Below are positions 28,881 through 38,797 of a stretch of 64,000 bases of DNA, piece by piece. This DNA is from Acidobacteriota bacterium (GTDB lineage Bacteria; Acidobacteriota; UBA6911; RPQK01; JAJDTT01): positions 3,104,001 to 3,168,000 of the forward strand of contig OZ253580.1 in NCBI GenBank assembly GCA_965263035.1, written 5' to 3'. The position numbers were made by a program, and so were the translations under genes. Below the pieces are notes generated by a model. The model saw only the letters and a program-made list of their open reading frames with translations, had not been told where the DNA came from and ran no database searches. Each line of letters opens with the position of its first letter. Position 1 is the stretch's first letter.

Positions 28881-29569
28881 TGGAAATCGTGGTCACCGGA
28901 ACGGGAACCGAGATCGGGAAGACGGTCGTTTCCGCCGTTCTCCTGGCCGGTTGGATCGGACGAATGGGAGTGACCTATTGGAAACCGGTTGCCACGGGGG
29001 CGGAGGAGGGAAGCGACAGCCGGGAGGTGGCGTCCCTGGTGGGACCGGAGCTGCGGATTCTGGAGGAATGTTACCGCTTTGCGCCGCCCCTCTCGCCTCA
29101 CTTGGCGGCCCGCCTGGCTGGAGTCGAGATCGAACCGGAACGCATCCTCTCCGCTTACCGGCGTCATCGCGAATCCTCCGGAAACGGTCTTCTGGTGGTG
29201 GAGGGGATCGGTGGGCTCCTGGTGCCCCTGACCGATCGCGGGTATCTCCTGGCCGATCTGCTGAAGGCCTTGGACCTCCCCTGTCTCGTGGTGTCGTCGA
29301 GCCGGCTCGGGACCATCAACCACACTCTCCTGACCCTCGAAGCGCTCCGTTCCAGGGGCTTGAATCTGGCGGGAGTGGTCCTGAACGGTCCCCTCAACCT
29401 TGAGAATCGACGGGCCATCGAGAGGTTTGGCCAGACCCGTGTCGTGGCGGAGTTGGAACCGCTTAATCCCCTCTCCCGGGAGACCGTCGCCCGGGCAGCT
29501 TCCGAATTCGACCCGGACGGTGTGCTGGAGCGCAATCTCCGGGAGTCCCGGCCGGACGGTAGGGTGTAG
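28880..29569 (+). CDS. bioD: Dethiobiotin synthase
   Basis: VTGTGTEIGKT, WKPVATG, PLSPHLAA, VEGIGG, LGTINHT. Confidence 0.96.
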   Translation: MEIVVTGTGTEIGKTVVSAVLLAGWIGRMGVTYWKPVATGAEEGSDSREVASLVGPELRILEECYRFAPPLSPHLAARLAGVEIEPERILSAYRRHRESSGNGLLVVEGIGGLLVPLTDRGYLLADLLKALDLPCLVVSSSRLGTINHTLLTLEALRSRGLNLAGVVLNGPLNLENRRAIERFGQTRVVAELEPLNPLSRETVARAASEFDPDGVLERNLRESRPDGRV

Positions 29570-29589
29570 TACGGTAACGAGTGTCAGCG

Positions 29590-30918
29590 ATGGGAGATTT
29601 CGGCGGTTGGATACCCCAGGATCGGAAATACGTCTGGCATCCGTTCACCCAGATGCAGACCGCGCCTCCTCCGATTCCCATCGATCGTGCCCAGGGGATC
29701 TATCTCCATACAGCGGCCGGCCGGCGCCTTTTGGACGGCATCTCCTCCTGGTGGGTCAATATCCACGGACACAACCATCCCCGTCTCAACCGCGCGTTGG
29801 AGGAACAGGCTTCGCGGCTGGGGCACGTCATGTTTGCCGGTTGCACACACGAACCGGCGGCACGGCTGGCCTCCGAGCTGGTCCGGCGGGCGCCGTCGGG
29901 TTTGACTCGGGTCTTCTTCTCGGACAACGGTTCCACTTCGGTGGAAGTGGCTCTGAAGATGTCCTACCAGTATTGGAAGAACCGGGGCGAGACCCGGGAC
30001 CTCTTCATCTCTCTGAAACATGCCTACCATGGCGACACCCTGGGGGCCATGGGGGTGGGGGGAGTCGATGCCTTCCATGCCCAGTTCGCGGACCTCCTGG
30101 TTCAGCAGCTCCAGACCCACTCTCCCACCTGTCGTACCTGCCCGGTGGGACGGGTCCGCGCCACGTGCCGCATCGAGTGCAGCGGACGGCTCGAGGATCT
30201 CCTGCGGGAGTCGGGTCATCGGGTAGCGGCGGTCATCGTGGAACCCATGGTTCAGGGCGCTGGGGGAATGATCATCTGGCCGGTGGAATTCCTGAACCTG
30301 GTCCGGGATCTGACCCGCCGGCACGGGACGCTCCTCATCGCCGACGAGGTCTTCACCGGCTTCGGCAGGACCGGAAAGATGTTCGCGTGCGAGCATGGAC
30401 CGGTGACACCCGACCTCATGTGCCTCTCCAAGGCGCTAACGGGAGGGTATCTTCCCCTGGCCGCCACCTTGGTGACGGAGCGCCTGTATCAGGCCTTCCT
30501 CAGCGAGGATCGGGGGCGGGGCTTCCTGCACGGACATTCCTATACCGCCAACCCCCTGGGATGCGCCGTCGCCCTGGAAAGCCTGGCCCTGTTCGATGAG
30601 GAAGACCGGCTGGAGCGAGTGGCTCGATTGGAAGAACTCTTCTCGGCGCGCCTGGCCCGCATCGCCCGGCTGCCTGGAGTGGCGGAGGTTCGCGGGATTG
30701 GAGGATTGGCAGTGGTGGAACTGGAAGCCGAGGGAGAGGCCGGCTACCTCGACTCTCGATCTCCCCGGTTGATCCAAGCCTTTCAGGAGAAGGGTCTTCT
30801 GCTGCGTCCTCTGGGGAACGTCCTCTACTTCCTTCCTCCTTACGTCATCGAGGATCAGGAGGTCCACTGGGCCTTCGACATTATGGAAGAAGTTCTCGCC
30901 TCCATCCTCCACCGCTGA
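29590..30918 (+). CDS. bioA: Adenosylmethionine-8-amino-7-oxononanoate aminotransferase
   Basis: WHPFTQM, DGISSWW, DNGSTSVEVALKM, ADEVFTGFGRTG, SKALTGG, HGHSYTAN. Confidence 0.96.
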   Translation: MGDFGGWIPQDRKYVWHPFTQMQTAPPPIPIDRAQGIYLHTAAGRRLLDGISSWWVNIHGHNHPRLNRALEEQASRLGHVMFAGCTHEPAARLASELVRRAPSGLTRVFFSDNGSTSVEVALKMSYQYWKNRGETRDLFISLKHAYHGDTLGAMGVGGVDAFHAQFADLLVQQLQTHSPTCRTCPVGRVRATCRIECSGRLEDLLRESGHRVAAVIVEPMVQGAGGMIIWPVEFLNLVRDLTRRHGTLLIADEVFTGFGRTGKMFACEHGPVTPDLMCLSKALTGGYLPLAATLVTERLYQAFLSEDRGRGFLHGHSYTANPLGCAVALESLALFDEEDRLERVARLEELFSARLARIARLPGVAEVRGIGGLAVVELEAEGEAGYLDSRSPRLIQAFQEKGLLLRPLGNVLYFLPPYVIEDQEVHWAFDIMEEVLASILHR

Positions 30919-31067
30919 GGGTCCCTCCTTTCGTGCGTCCTGCCATCGAGCTGTGCCAACGGCTGTGACCCGTGCCGGTGGTCTGTTTGATTTCCCGTTT
31001 GCGGCTGTGCTAGCCTCCACTCCCGGTTGTGGTTTCGCAACCGTACTTTGCCGACCATTGGAGGGAG

Positions 31068-31370
31068 ATGGTTAGACTTCGACCAAGACCTTATCGCCGC
31101 CGCAGACCGCGAAAGCGGAAGAGGCCTCCCCAGAGACGGGACGAGCCCAAGGAAAAGAAGTCAGACGCCATCGAGGTCACCGGAACCGTAACGGAACCGC
31201 TTCCCAACGCCATGTTTCGGGTCGAGTTGGAAAACGGTCACGTGGTTTTGGCCCACATTTCCGGAAAGATGCGGCGCCATTTCATCCGAATCCTTCGCGG
31301 CGACAGGGTCATGGTCGAGCTGTCACCCTATGACCTGACCCGGGGCCGTCTCACCTACCGGTACAAATAG
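31068..31370 (+). CDS. infA: Translation initiation factor IF-1 with Arg/Lys-rich N-terminal extension
   Basis: [55 protein letters not shown]; RBS GGAGGGAG directly before the ATG at 31068. Confidence 0.93.
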   Translation: MVRLRPRPYRRRRPRKRKRPPQRRDEPKEKKSDAIEVTGTVTEPLPNAMFRVELENGHVVLAHISGKMRRHFIRILRGDRVMVELSPYDLTRGRLTYRYK

Positions 31371-31379
31371 GCCTCCCCG

Positions 31380-32855
31380 ATGACCAAGGGACGCGCCGAG
31401 ACCCCCTGGATCCTGATTGCCCTTTCCCTGTTGTTGCCTCCGGTGGGACTGATTCCGGTCTGGGCGAGGTCCGGCTGGAGGATGCGGAACCGGCTGGGGG
31501 CAAGCCTCGCGCTTCTGGCATTGACGTGGGTCTACGTGTTTCAAGGACTGGGCCTGAGCATCGAACGGGACGGCACCGGGTGGCGGCCGCTGGTTTCCAT
31601 CACGCCGGTCTGGTCCCGGTACGTGACGGTCGGGGGGGCGTCCGCTTCGGGCGCGGCTCACCGGCCTCCTTCGTCGGGAATCCGAGGCTGGACCGGATTC
31701 CGGGGGCCGGGCCGGGACAGCCGTTACCTGGAGGGAGAGATTCGAACCGTCTGGCCCAGCGACGGACTTCCGCTGCTCTGGCGGCGCGACGTCGGCGGGG
31801 GATACGCGTCCATCGTTGCCGGTCCCGGGCTCCTCTTCACCATCGAGCAGCGAGGCCGCCAGGAGGTGGTGGCAGCCTACGATTCCGAAACGGGCGCCCA
31901 GGTCTGGAGTCACGGCTGGGACGCCGAGTTCCAGGAGGTCATGGGGGGTGACGGGCCCAGGGCGACTCCCCAGTGGCACGAGGGCCGGCTTTACGTCCTG
32001 GGGGCGACGGGAGAGTTCCGCTGCTTCGACGCCGCCAGCGGAAAAGTCCAATGGGGTCTGAACATCATCTCGGACAATGGGGCCCGGAATCTGGAATGGG
32101 GCATGTCCGCCTCACCCCTGATCACGGGTGACCAGGTCATTCTCCTGCCCGGCGGTCCTTCGGACAGATCCGTGGTCGCCTATCATCGGCTCACCGGCGA
32201 ATTCCTCTGGGGTTCCCTCAGCGACAAACAGGCCTACGTCGCGCCGATCCAGGCCGAGTTGGCCGGGCGGCAGCAGCTGTTGGTGGTAACGGCCGAACGA
32301 GTCGTGGGACTGGACCCGGAAGGCGGGGACCTGCTCTGGGAGTACCCATGGGTTACGTCCTACGACGTCAATTCCGTGGAACCTCTGCTGCTGGGAAACG
32401 ATCGGTTCTTCATCTCCTCCGGTTACGGCCACGGCGCAGCGGTGGTGGAGATCGGACGGGGCGAGGGCGGTTACACCGTAAGGACCGTCTGGAAGAACAA
32501 GGAGATGAAGAACAAGTTCAACGGCTCGGTCCTTCACGAGGGCCACGTCTACGGGCTGGATGACGGCATCCTGGCCTGCGTCGACGTCGCCACGGGAGAG
32601 AGGAAGTGGAAGGGGGGCCGCTATGGTTACGGCCAGATCCTTCTGGCCTCGGGCCACCTGGTGGTGCTGACCGAGCGGGGCGACCTGGTTCTGGTCGAGG
32701 CCAATGCAGAGGAACATCGCGAGCGGGCGCGATTTTCGGCGTTGACCGGGAAGACCTGGAACTATCCGATCATCGTCGGGGGCCGGCTCCTGGTGAGGAA
32801 CACCACCCAGATGGCCTGCTTCGACGTCAGCCCGATGCCGATCGACCCCTCATAG
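31380..32855 (+). CDS. PQQ-like beta-propeller protein with N-terminal TM helices
   Basis: WTGFRGPGRD, GGGYAS, GPRATP, WNYPII. Confidence 0.9.
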   Translation: MTKGRAETPWILIALSLLLPPVGLIPVWARSGWRMRNRLGASLALLALTWVYVFQGLGLSIERDGTGWRPLVSITPVWSRYVTVGGASASGAAHRPPSSGIRGWTGFRGPGRDSRYLEGEIRTVWPSDGLPLLWRRDVGGGYASIVAGPGLLFTIEQRGRQEVVAAYDSETGAQVWSHGWDAEFQEVMGGDGPRATPQWHEGRLYVLGATGEFRCFDAASGKVQWGLNIISDNGARNLEWGMSASPLITGDQVILLPGGPSDRSVVAYHRLTGEFLWGSLSDKQAYVAPIQAELAGRQQLLVVTAERVVGLDPEGGDLLWEYPWVTSYDVNSVEPLLLGNDRFFISSGYGHGAAVVEIGRGEGGYTVRTVWKNKEMKNKFNGSVLHEGHVYGLDDGILACVDVATGERKWKGGRYGYGQILLASGHLVVLTERGDLVLVEANAEEHRERARFSALTGKTWNYPIIVGGRLLVRNTTQMACFDVSPMPIDPS

Positions 32856-34226
32856 CACCCACGGTTTTCGATACTCCCGGCGCACGAGCCCGTTGGCCTC
32901 TTCGTCTCCCAGCACCCGTTCCTTCTCTGCATCCCACCGGATCCGTCGTCCCAGCCGGAGGGCGATGTTACCGAGATGGGGAGTCGAGGTGGTACGGTGG
33001 CCGATCTCCACGTCCGAGTTGGGCTTCTTTCGGCTTCGCACGCAATCCAGGAAGTTCAGGACGTGGGTGAAATGCTGGTCGGAGCCGGGAGCCGTCACGA
33101 ATCTGGATCGTCCCTCTCCGGAACTCCACTCTCGCCTGCGGCGATCGGGCGTTTTCTGATCCAGCATCCTCAGGTAGCGAGGCCGTGGCGCAACTGGAGT
33201 CCCCCCGGTTTCGGGCCGGATCTCGAAGCCGCCGCGGTGCAGATAGAGGGTCCCGTCGGTGCCGAAGAACTCGATGCCGTAGCCTCGTCCCGCGGGACCA
33301 TGGGCGTTTCCGACGCGGTGGGAGAAGGAGGCGATGAATCCGGGATACTCGTAGAGGACCTCCAGCGTGTCGGGGGTCTCCCGGTTGTCATCGATGCAGA
33401 AATTGCCCCCCACGGCGCTCGCGGCCACGGGAGCGTCGACCTGCATGGCCCACTGGACGATGTCCAGGTGATGGGTGCCCCAGTCGGTGAGCATTCCTCC
33501 CGAATAGTCCCAGAACCACCGGAAAGTGTGGATGAAGCGGTTGCCGTTGAAGGGGGCCTTGGGCGCCGGACCCAGCCAGAAATCCCAGTCCAGACCCGGC
33601 GGAGGTGCCGTGTCCTGGGGCCGGCCCATCCCGGCCGGAGTCTCGTTGCCGAAATTCCAGGTGTTGACTCGACTCACCTTGCCGATGGCCCCGTCCTGGA
33701 CCAGCTTCACCGCTTCCTGGAAGTGCACTCCTGAACGCTGCTGCGTCCCCATCTGGACGATGCGTCCGTTGCGGCGAGCCGCCTCCACCATTTTCCGTCC
33801 TTCATGGATGGTCAGGGAAAGGGGCTTCTCCACGTAGACGTCCTTCCCGGCATCGCAGGCCATGACGGTGGGAAGGGCATGCCAGTGATCGGGCGTGGAG
33901 ACGACGACCACGTCCACCTCCTCCAGATCCAGAACCTGGCGGAAGTCCTTGTAGCCGGCCGCCCTGCCGCCCTCCTGGTCGTCGGTCATCTGCAGACTCA
34001 GGTCCCGGTTGTGGTCCCACACGTCGCAGACGGCCGCCACCCGGACCTGCTCCGACCTGAGGAAATCCCTGAGGTTGCTGCGGCCCATGCCCCCAGTCCC
34101 GATGGAGGCGCAGATCACCCGGTCGTTGGCCCCGAGAGGACCTCCCTTGCTGGTCTGGAGGGCGGGAGCACCCGCGGCCGCCGCTGCTGCTGCCGATACC
34201 ACGAAATTCCGTCTGGTAAGTTTCAT
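32850..34226 (-). CDS. Tat-exported Gfo/Idh/MocA oxidoreductase
   Basis: TRRNFV, GTGGMG, TPDHWH, DVYVEKP, GTQQRS, DWGTHH. Confidence 0.95.
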   Translation of the reverse strand: MKLTRRNFVVSAAAAAAAGAPALQTSKGGPLGANDRVICASIGTGGMGRSNLRDFLRSEQVRVAAVCDVWDHNRDLSLQMTDDQEGGRAAGYKDFRQVLDLEEVDVVVVSTPDHWHALPTVMACDAGKDVYVEKPLSLTIHEGRKMVEAARRNGRIVQMGTQQRSGVHFQEAVKLVQDGAIGKVSRVNTWNFGNETPAGMGRPQDTAPPPGLDWDFWLGPAPKAPFNGNRFIHTFRWFWDYSGGMLTDWGTHHLDIVQWAMQVDAPVAASAVGGNFCIDDNRETPDTLEVLYEYPGFIASFSHRVGNAHGPAGRGYGIEFFGTDGTLYLHRGGFEIRPETGGTPVAPRPRYLRMLDQKTPDRRRREWSSGEGRSRFVTAPGSDQHFTHVLNFLDCVRSRKKPNSDVEIGHRTTSTPHLGNIALRLGRRIRWDAEKERVLGDEEANGLVRREYRKPWVL

Positions 34227-34337
34227 TGGACACGACTCCTGGGCTGGATTTCGCTATGGTCCGCTACGATTCCTACAACTCTAATGTATAATTCCGGGAG
34301 CGAATAGAGCAGGGCTCTCCGAATCGAGGCTGAAACT

Positions 34338-34844
34338 ATGAATTGGGACACCTTCCGCCGCCTTCCCGACGATGCCCGAATCTGGATCAGTGGTTTCGAT
34401 CGCACCCTGGATCCGGCCGAGCAGGAAACGGTCCAAACAGGAATGGAGCGTTTCTCAGCCGGCTGGGCTTCGCACCAGGTGCCGGTCGAGTCCGCTTTCG
34501 AGATCGTTCACGATCGCTTTCTGGTGATCGCAGCCTGTACTCCGGGGTCCGTGTCCGGTTGCTCCATCGACGGCATGATGAGGAACATCCGAGGCGTCTA
34601 CGCGGCTGTCGGTGCCGCGCCTCCCGCCGGGAATCTTATCTACTTCCGTGATGAAAACGGCCGGATCCGGTCCATAGACCATATGGAGTTCCGTGACGTG
34701 GCCGAGTCGGGTCGGCTCAAGCCCGACACCCTGGTGTTCGATACCATGATTCAGAACCTGGGGCAGTTGAGAGCCGGCCGCTTCGAACTTCCCTACGGAG
34801 AGGCTTGGCACGCCCGGGTCTTTCCGCTTCCGGTCGCCACCTGA
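34338..34844 (+). CDS. Conserved hypothetical protein with SGCSID motif
   Basis: LPDDARIWI, WASH, SGCSID, VFDT..W pattern; TATAAT upstream. Confidence 0.7.
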   Translation: MNWDTFRRLPDDARIWISGFDRTLDPAEQETVQTGMERFSAGWASHQVPVESAFEIVHDRFLVIAACTPGSVSGCSIDGMMRNIRGVYAAVGAAPPAGNLIYFRDENGRIRSIDHMEFRDVAESGRLKPDTLVFDTMIQNLGQLRAGRFELPYGEAWHARVFPLPVAT

Positions 34845-35041
34845 TCCTGCCGGCGAAACGGAAACTCCCGTGGCGCGCGCCGGTTGCTGGTCGTCGGGAG
34901 GGATTGTCCCACAGCGAAACACGTGGCAACGTCCTTATTTCCAGAGAGGGTCCGTTAATTTCAGTTAATGGAAGTTCTCCAGAGTGTAGAGATCTCCCCT
35001 GCACGAGGGTTCAGGGATAGGCCCCTGGTCTTTGGCACAAG

Positions 35042-35208
35042 CTAGGAGCCTGCGCCGCAGAAATCGATCTACTGCGAAAGCGGTAGAATCGGTCCATATT
35101 TCCCCGATTTCTCGGCGAATAGAACAACTATGCACCTCAAAATCGAGAAAATCTGGCCTCGATTCCCCACTTTCTCGCTACGATCATTTCTACCGCGCAG
35201 ACTCCTAG
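35042..35208. mobile_element. Element A copy 2 (intergenic)
   Basis: cTA-GGAGCCTGCGCC...GCGCAGACTCC-TAg, 167 bp including flanks. Confidence 0.93.
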
Positions 35209-35227
35209 GGCCGGGAACGGGGAACTC

Positions 35228-35623
35228 CTACGCAGCCGGCCGGCTTTTCTGTGGAGATCTCCAAACCGGATACATCTCCATCATCTCGAACTCTTCCGCT
35301 GTTCCGTTTCGGTTGTCGGTGAGTCTGTCCCCTGCGGATACCAATCCCGGTGCGCGGGCGGGGTGTCGGGCTTCACGGCATGCACCCGTTTCCACGAAGG
35401 CCTCGTAGATTTTCTCCTTCTCCTCATCGGTCCGTCGTTTTTCCTCTTGCACAAGAACAGCCAGTGACCAGCAGACGTCGTCTGTGAGCCAGACGCCATA
35501 AGTGGTCTCGTCTCTGTTCGGTTCGTTATTGAGTGCGGCTGCAGTGATGCGAAGGAGCATCTCACTGGTGCTCCCCATGTCGATTGCTGTCGTGCGGGCG
35601 GGGAACTTGCGGCATGTTTTCAC
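35228..35623 (-). CDS. Hypothetical protein, possibly degenerate
   Basis: 131-aa ORF with GGAGGTGA RBS before GTG; atypical codon usage; no recognised motif. Confidence 0.4.
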   Translation of the reverse strand: MKTCRKFPARTTAIDMGSTSEMLLRITAAALNNEPNRDETTYGVWLTDDVCWSLAVLVQEEKRRTDEEKEKIYEAFVETGACREARHPARAPGLVSAGDRLTDNRNGTAEEFEMMEMYPVWRSPQKSRPAA

Positions 35624-35689
35624 GTGACGTCACCTCCCTCTCCGAAAGATTCCTCCAACTCCGGCAATAGGTCACCCCGATAAGCTACT

Positions 35690-38146
35690 TTATTCCCTTC
35701 CCAGGGCACGCCACAGGAACCCCACCGCCCGCGGAATGGCACCCCTTAGATCGAACACCTCGTGTCCTCCACCCTCGTAGATGAAGGCCTCGAACTCGGG
35801 AGGCTCGCGTCCCAAGGCCTCCATGGCACGGATCATCGAGTACGCTTGGCTGACGGCGACGGTCTCGTCGGAATCGCCATGGTGCAGCTGGACGGCCGGC
35901 AGGTCTTCGGCGAACAGGACGGAGGAGCGGCGCACCAACTCCAGGCGCACTTCAGCTAGTTCGATCTCGCCTCTCATGTAGGGCTGAACGAAGGTGGAGT
36001 CCATGTGGGCCACGCCCGTGAGCTTGCGCGGACGCCCCAGGACCGCCTCGCGCACGATTTGCCGCACCCAGTCGTCGAAGAAGTCGGTGGGACCGAAGAA
36101 GGCGACGATGTTCTCGATGCGCTCGTCGCGGATGCCGGCCAGCATGGCGACGCCCGCTCCACGACTTCCGCCGATGATGATCACACCTTCGGACTTCGCC
36201 TGCGGAGTCAGCTCCAGAGCCACGTTCAGGAGCGCCAGGGCGTCGTCCACATCGTAGTCCCAGTGACCGCCAGGGCCGGTCGAGACCCACACGCTATCGC
36301 CATACTCAAGCCGTTCGTTGCGAAAAGACGGGATTACGTAGACGAAGCTGTCTCGCAGCTCGCCCAAGAAGTGCCCGACGATATCGACGTCGCCCACGTC
36401 GACACCGCTGTCGCCGCCGTGCAGGTACATCAGGACGGGCAGCGTCCCGGGTGCCGCAGAGTCTGGCGCAAGGATCGCCCCGTAGTGGCGCACCTCCCCG
36501 ACCTGATGCGACACCACGCGCAGGGTCGCCGGGGTTTCGTCCAGGGGATACGTCTCCGTGAATTCGACGAACACGTCAACCGGAGAGATGTCGCGCGCGG
36601 CCCAGTCTGCACGAACGGCCTCGATCTCCGCGGCGGTCGGCGCGGCAAAAAAGTTGTCGAGTTCGGCCTCGAGGTCGATCGCGTAGACGTTGACACCCGT
36701 GGCAGCCACGCCTGCGGCGATCATGAGCGTCTGGATGCCGGCCGCGGAGCCCATGGTCCACTCCACCGCGACCTCGCCGTTCCAGTCCGTGGCTGCGGTC
36801 GAGGGATCCACCCGACCGTTTCCCGGCGTTGGTACGAAATCCACGGTCACCCCGGAAACAGGCAGACCTGACGTGTCGAGAACGCGAACTACAAGGGGCT
36901 TGTCGAGGGTGCGCTCAGTGAACGCGCGTTGCCCCTCGCCTGCCACAATGCGGATCGCGGCCGCCGACTCTCCGGATACCGGCTCGACCGGGACGCTATC
37001 CCGACATCCCGTCAGGGCGGTCACCGTGACCGACGCCGTGGCGGTCTGTCCGTCCGCCCCTGTTACCTTGATGAGGCAGGTCGGGGTGACGTCCGGCGAC
37101 ACCTTCCGCGAGCCCGAAGTGGGCACCACGCCGATGTCCGGGGTAATCTCCGTACTCGCCGCACTCGTGGACGACCATGTCAACGTCGTGCTCTGGCCCT
37201 GATCGATCGATGTCGGCGACGCCGGCAACGTCACCGTCGGCGGGGGTGGATGGCCACCGTCGTTCCCGCCTCCGTCCGGGACCCGAATCGTCGGCACCGC
37301 CGAGAGTGAAGAGGTCCGCTTCCCGAACCGCAGCCCGAGCGGAGCGAAGGGGGTACCGTCCTCACTTCTTAGGAACAGGAAGCCGTGAAAGTCCTCCAGG
37401 AATCCCATATCAATTCCTTCAACGGCGAACCATTCCGGGAGCGTGCGCGCCGCCTGGTGGAAATCCCCCCAGGGGACGAACAATCCGTTCAACGGATTGT
37501 TCCCCTCCTCGTCGCGCAGTCTCAACTCGATCCTGGATTCTGCATCCGGTTTGAAGAGGGCCAGTCCCGCTCCGACGGTCTCTGATTCCTCCACGAACAG
37601 AGCGAACTCCTTCCCCAATTGGGCGGGCTCGACGACGACTTCGATCCCTGATTGGGCGTGCCGGTAGGTCAACAATCCACTGACGGTGCCCGCATCGGTC
37701 TCGATCTGGATCCAACCCCGACGAATGGCTCCTGAACCGGCGCTTCTCAAGACTCGAGTGCCCAGCGCCGGAATCTCCAACGTCAAATCGGAATCGAATA
37801 GATCCCGAACGTTTTGTCCGTCCGGGTCGTAGACTTCCACCCGGATGCCGGTGGCGGCGTTCGGGTCGACGTTGCTGAGCACTAGTTGCACCGACCAGCC
37901 CCTGCCATCCACATAATCCGGGAAGTATAGAACCATCTCTTCCTGCTCCTGTCGGACAATCGAGTCGTCCGCCTGTTGGCGGACGTTCTCTGACGGGGGG
38001 CCGCCAGTTTGCGTCGGTGACAGAACGAAAAACAGCCACCCAGCAAAAAACGAACTCGAGAATGAGCTAAGAAGAGGACTGATCAGTACGGACTCCTGAT
38101 CCAGCCTGGACCGGATGGGTACGGCGTGTCCTGGGCACCTCCCCAC
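35690..38146 (-). CDS. Multidomain secreted protein: N-terminal module + Ig-like domains + alpha/beta hydrolase (S9-like)
   Basis: LYFPDYVDG..WSVQL module, PTVTL.ASP Ig repeat, Big_1-like domain, YLHGG, GGSRG nucleophile, HHGDSD, GGGH; start uncertain. Confidence 0.78.
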   Translation of the reverse strand: MGRCPGHAVPIRSRLDQESVLISPLLSSFSSSFFAGWLFFVLSPTQTGGPPSENVRQQADDSIVRQEQEEMVLYFPDYVDGRGWSVQLVLSNVDPNAATGIRVEVYDPDGQNVRDLFDSDLTLEIPALGTRVLRSAGSGAIRRGWIQIETDAGTVSGLLTYRHAQSGIEVVVEPAQLGKEFALFVEESETVGAGLALFKPDAESRIELRLRDEEGNNPLNGLFVPWGDFHQAARTLPEWFAVEGIDMGFLEDFHGFLFLRSEDGTPFAPLGLRFGKRTSSLSAVPTIRVPDGGGNDGGHPPPPTVTLPASPTSIDQGQSTTLTWSSTSAASTEITPDIGVVPTSGSRKVSPDVTPTCLIKVTGADGQTATASVTVTALTGCRDSVPVEPVSGESAAAIRIVAGEGQRAFTERTLDKPLVVRVLDTSGLPVSGVTVDFVPTPGNGRVDPSTAATDWNGEVAVEWTMGSAAGIQTLMIAAGVAATGVNVYAIDLEAELDNFFAAPTAAEIEAVRADWAARDISPVDVFVEFTETYPLDETPATLRVVSHQVGEVRHYGAILAPDSAAPGTLPVLMYLHGGDSGVDVGDVDIVGHFLGELRDSFVYVIPSFRNERLEYGDSVWVSTGPGGHWDYDVDDALALLNVALELTPQAKSEGVIIIGGSRGAGVAMLAGIRDERIENIVAFFGPTDFFDDWVRQIVREAVLGRPRKLTGVAHMDSTFVQPYMRGEIELAEVRLELVRRSSVLFAEDLPAVQLHHGDSDETVAVSQAYSMIRAMEALGREPPEFEAFIYEGGGHEVFDLRGAIPRAVGFLWRALGRE

Positions 38147-38797
38147 CCATCAGGCGTGCATTGGAGAATACCAACGGTCGCCCCGGGGGACCAGAACCGG
38201 CGGACAACGGCCACGAGAGAGGCGACAGGGGATTCCGACCGGTGCCGAGGGGGACTCTTTCCTGTGGTGTTCCCCGCAAAAAACCAGGGCGTCAGAGGTC
38301 TGTTTCAGACTACGGTAAAGTATCTTATCGTACTCAGTTTCGGAATCGGATCACCGCAGCAAGCCGTAGTTTCGGTGGACTCTCCTTCCCAGGAATAGCC
38401 CTGCCATCGCCCTATAGAGTAAGAAGGGGACAGTCAGCTTCTCTCTGTGCGGGCAGGGTTTGATTGTCGTTTTCCGAGAACTACCCGTACGCGGCATGGT
38501 TGCGGCCGGTTCTGACCCGAGTGCAAGCCCATCTGCTTCGCCGTTAATGCGAACCCGCTGTTGGGAAGACGCCAAGTTGGAAGTCTGCGGGACGGACTCT
38601 GCCCTGGAGCCAACTCTTGGGAGAAAACCATCGCTCACGAGTGCCCGTGGAAGGTCAAATGCCCCTGGACATCGCCGGATTTCGGCTTTCATCATCGTAT
38701 TCGAGTCGGCAGGACGGCTCTCGAATTCAAATGGCTGAGAAAACCACTGAAATGCATTTAAACAAACCGATTATCTTGTCGGTGAAATGAATTGAGG

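Noticed and set aside
35130-35408. Repeated small ORFs beginning [12 protein letters not shown] (also at 57804)
   Set aside because: They are translations of element A, not an independent gene family; covered under findings.
38150-38400. Possible riboswitch or IS end upstream of the 35690-38146 gene
   Set aside because: No riboswitch consensus or partner inverted repeat could be identified.
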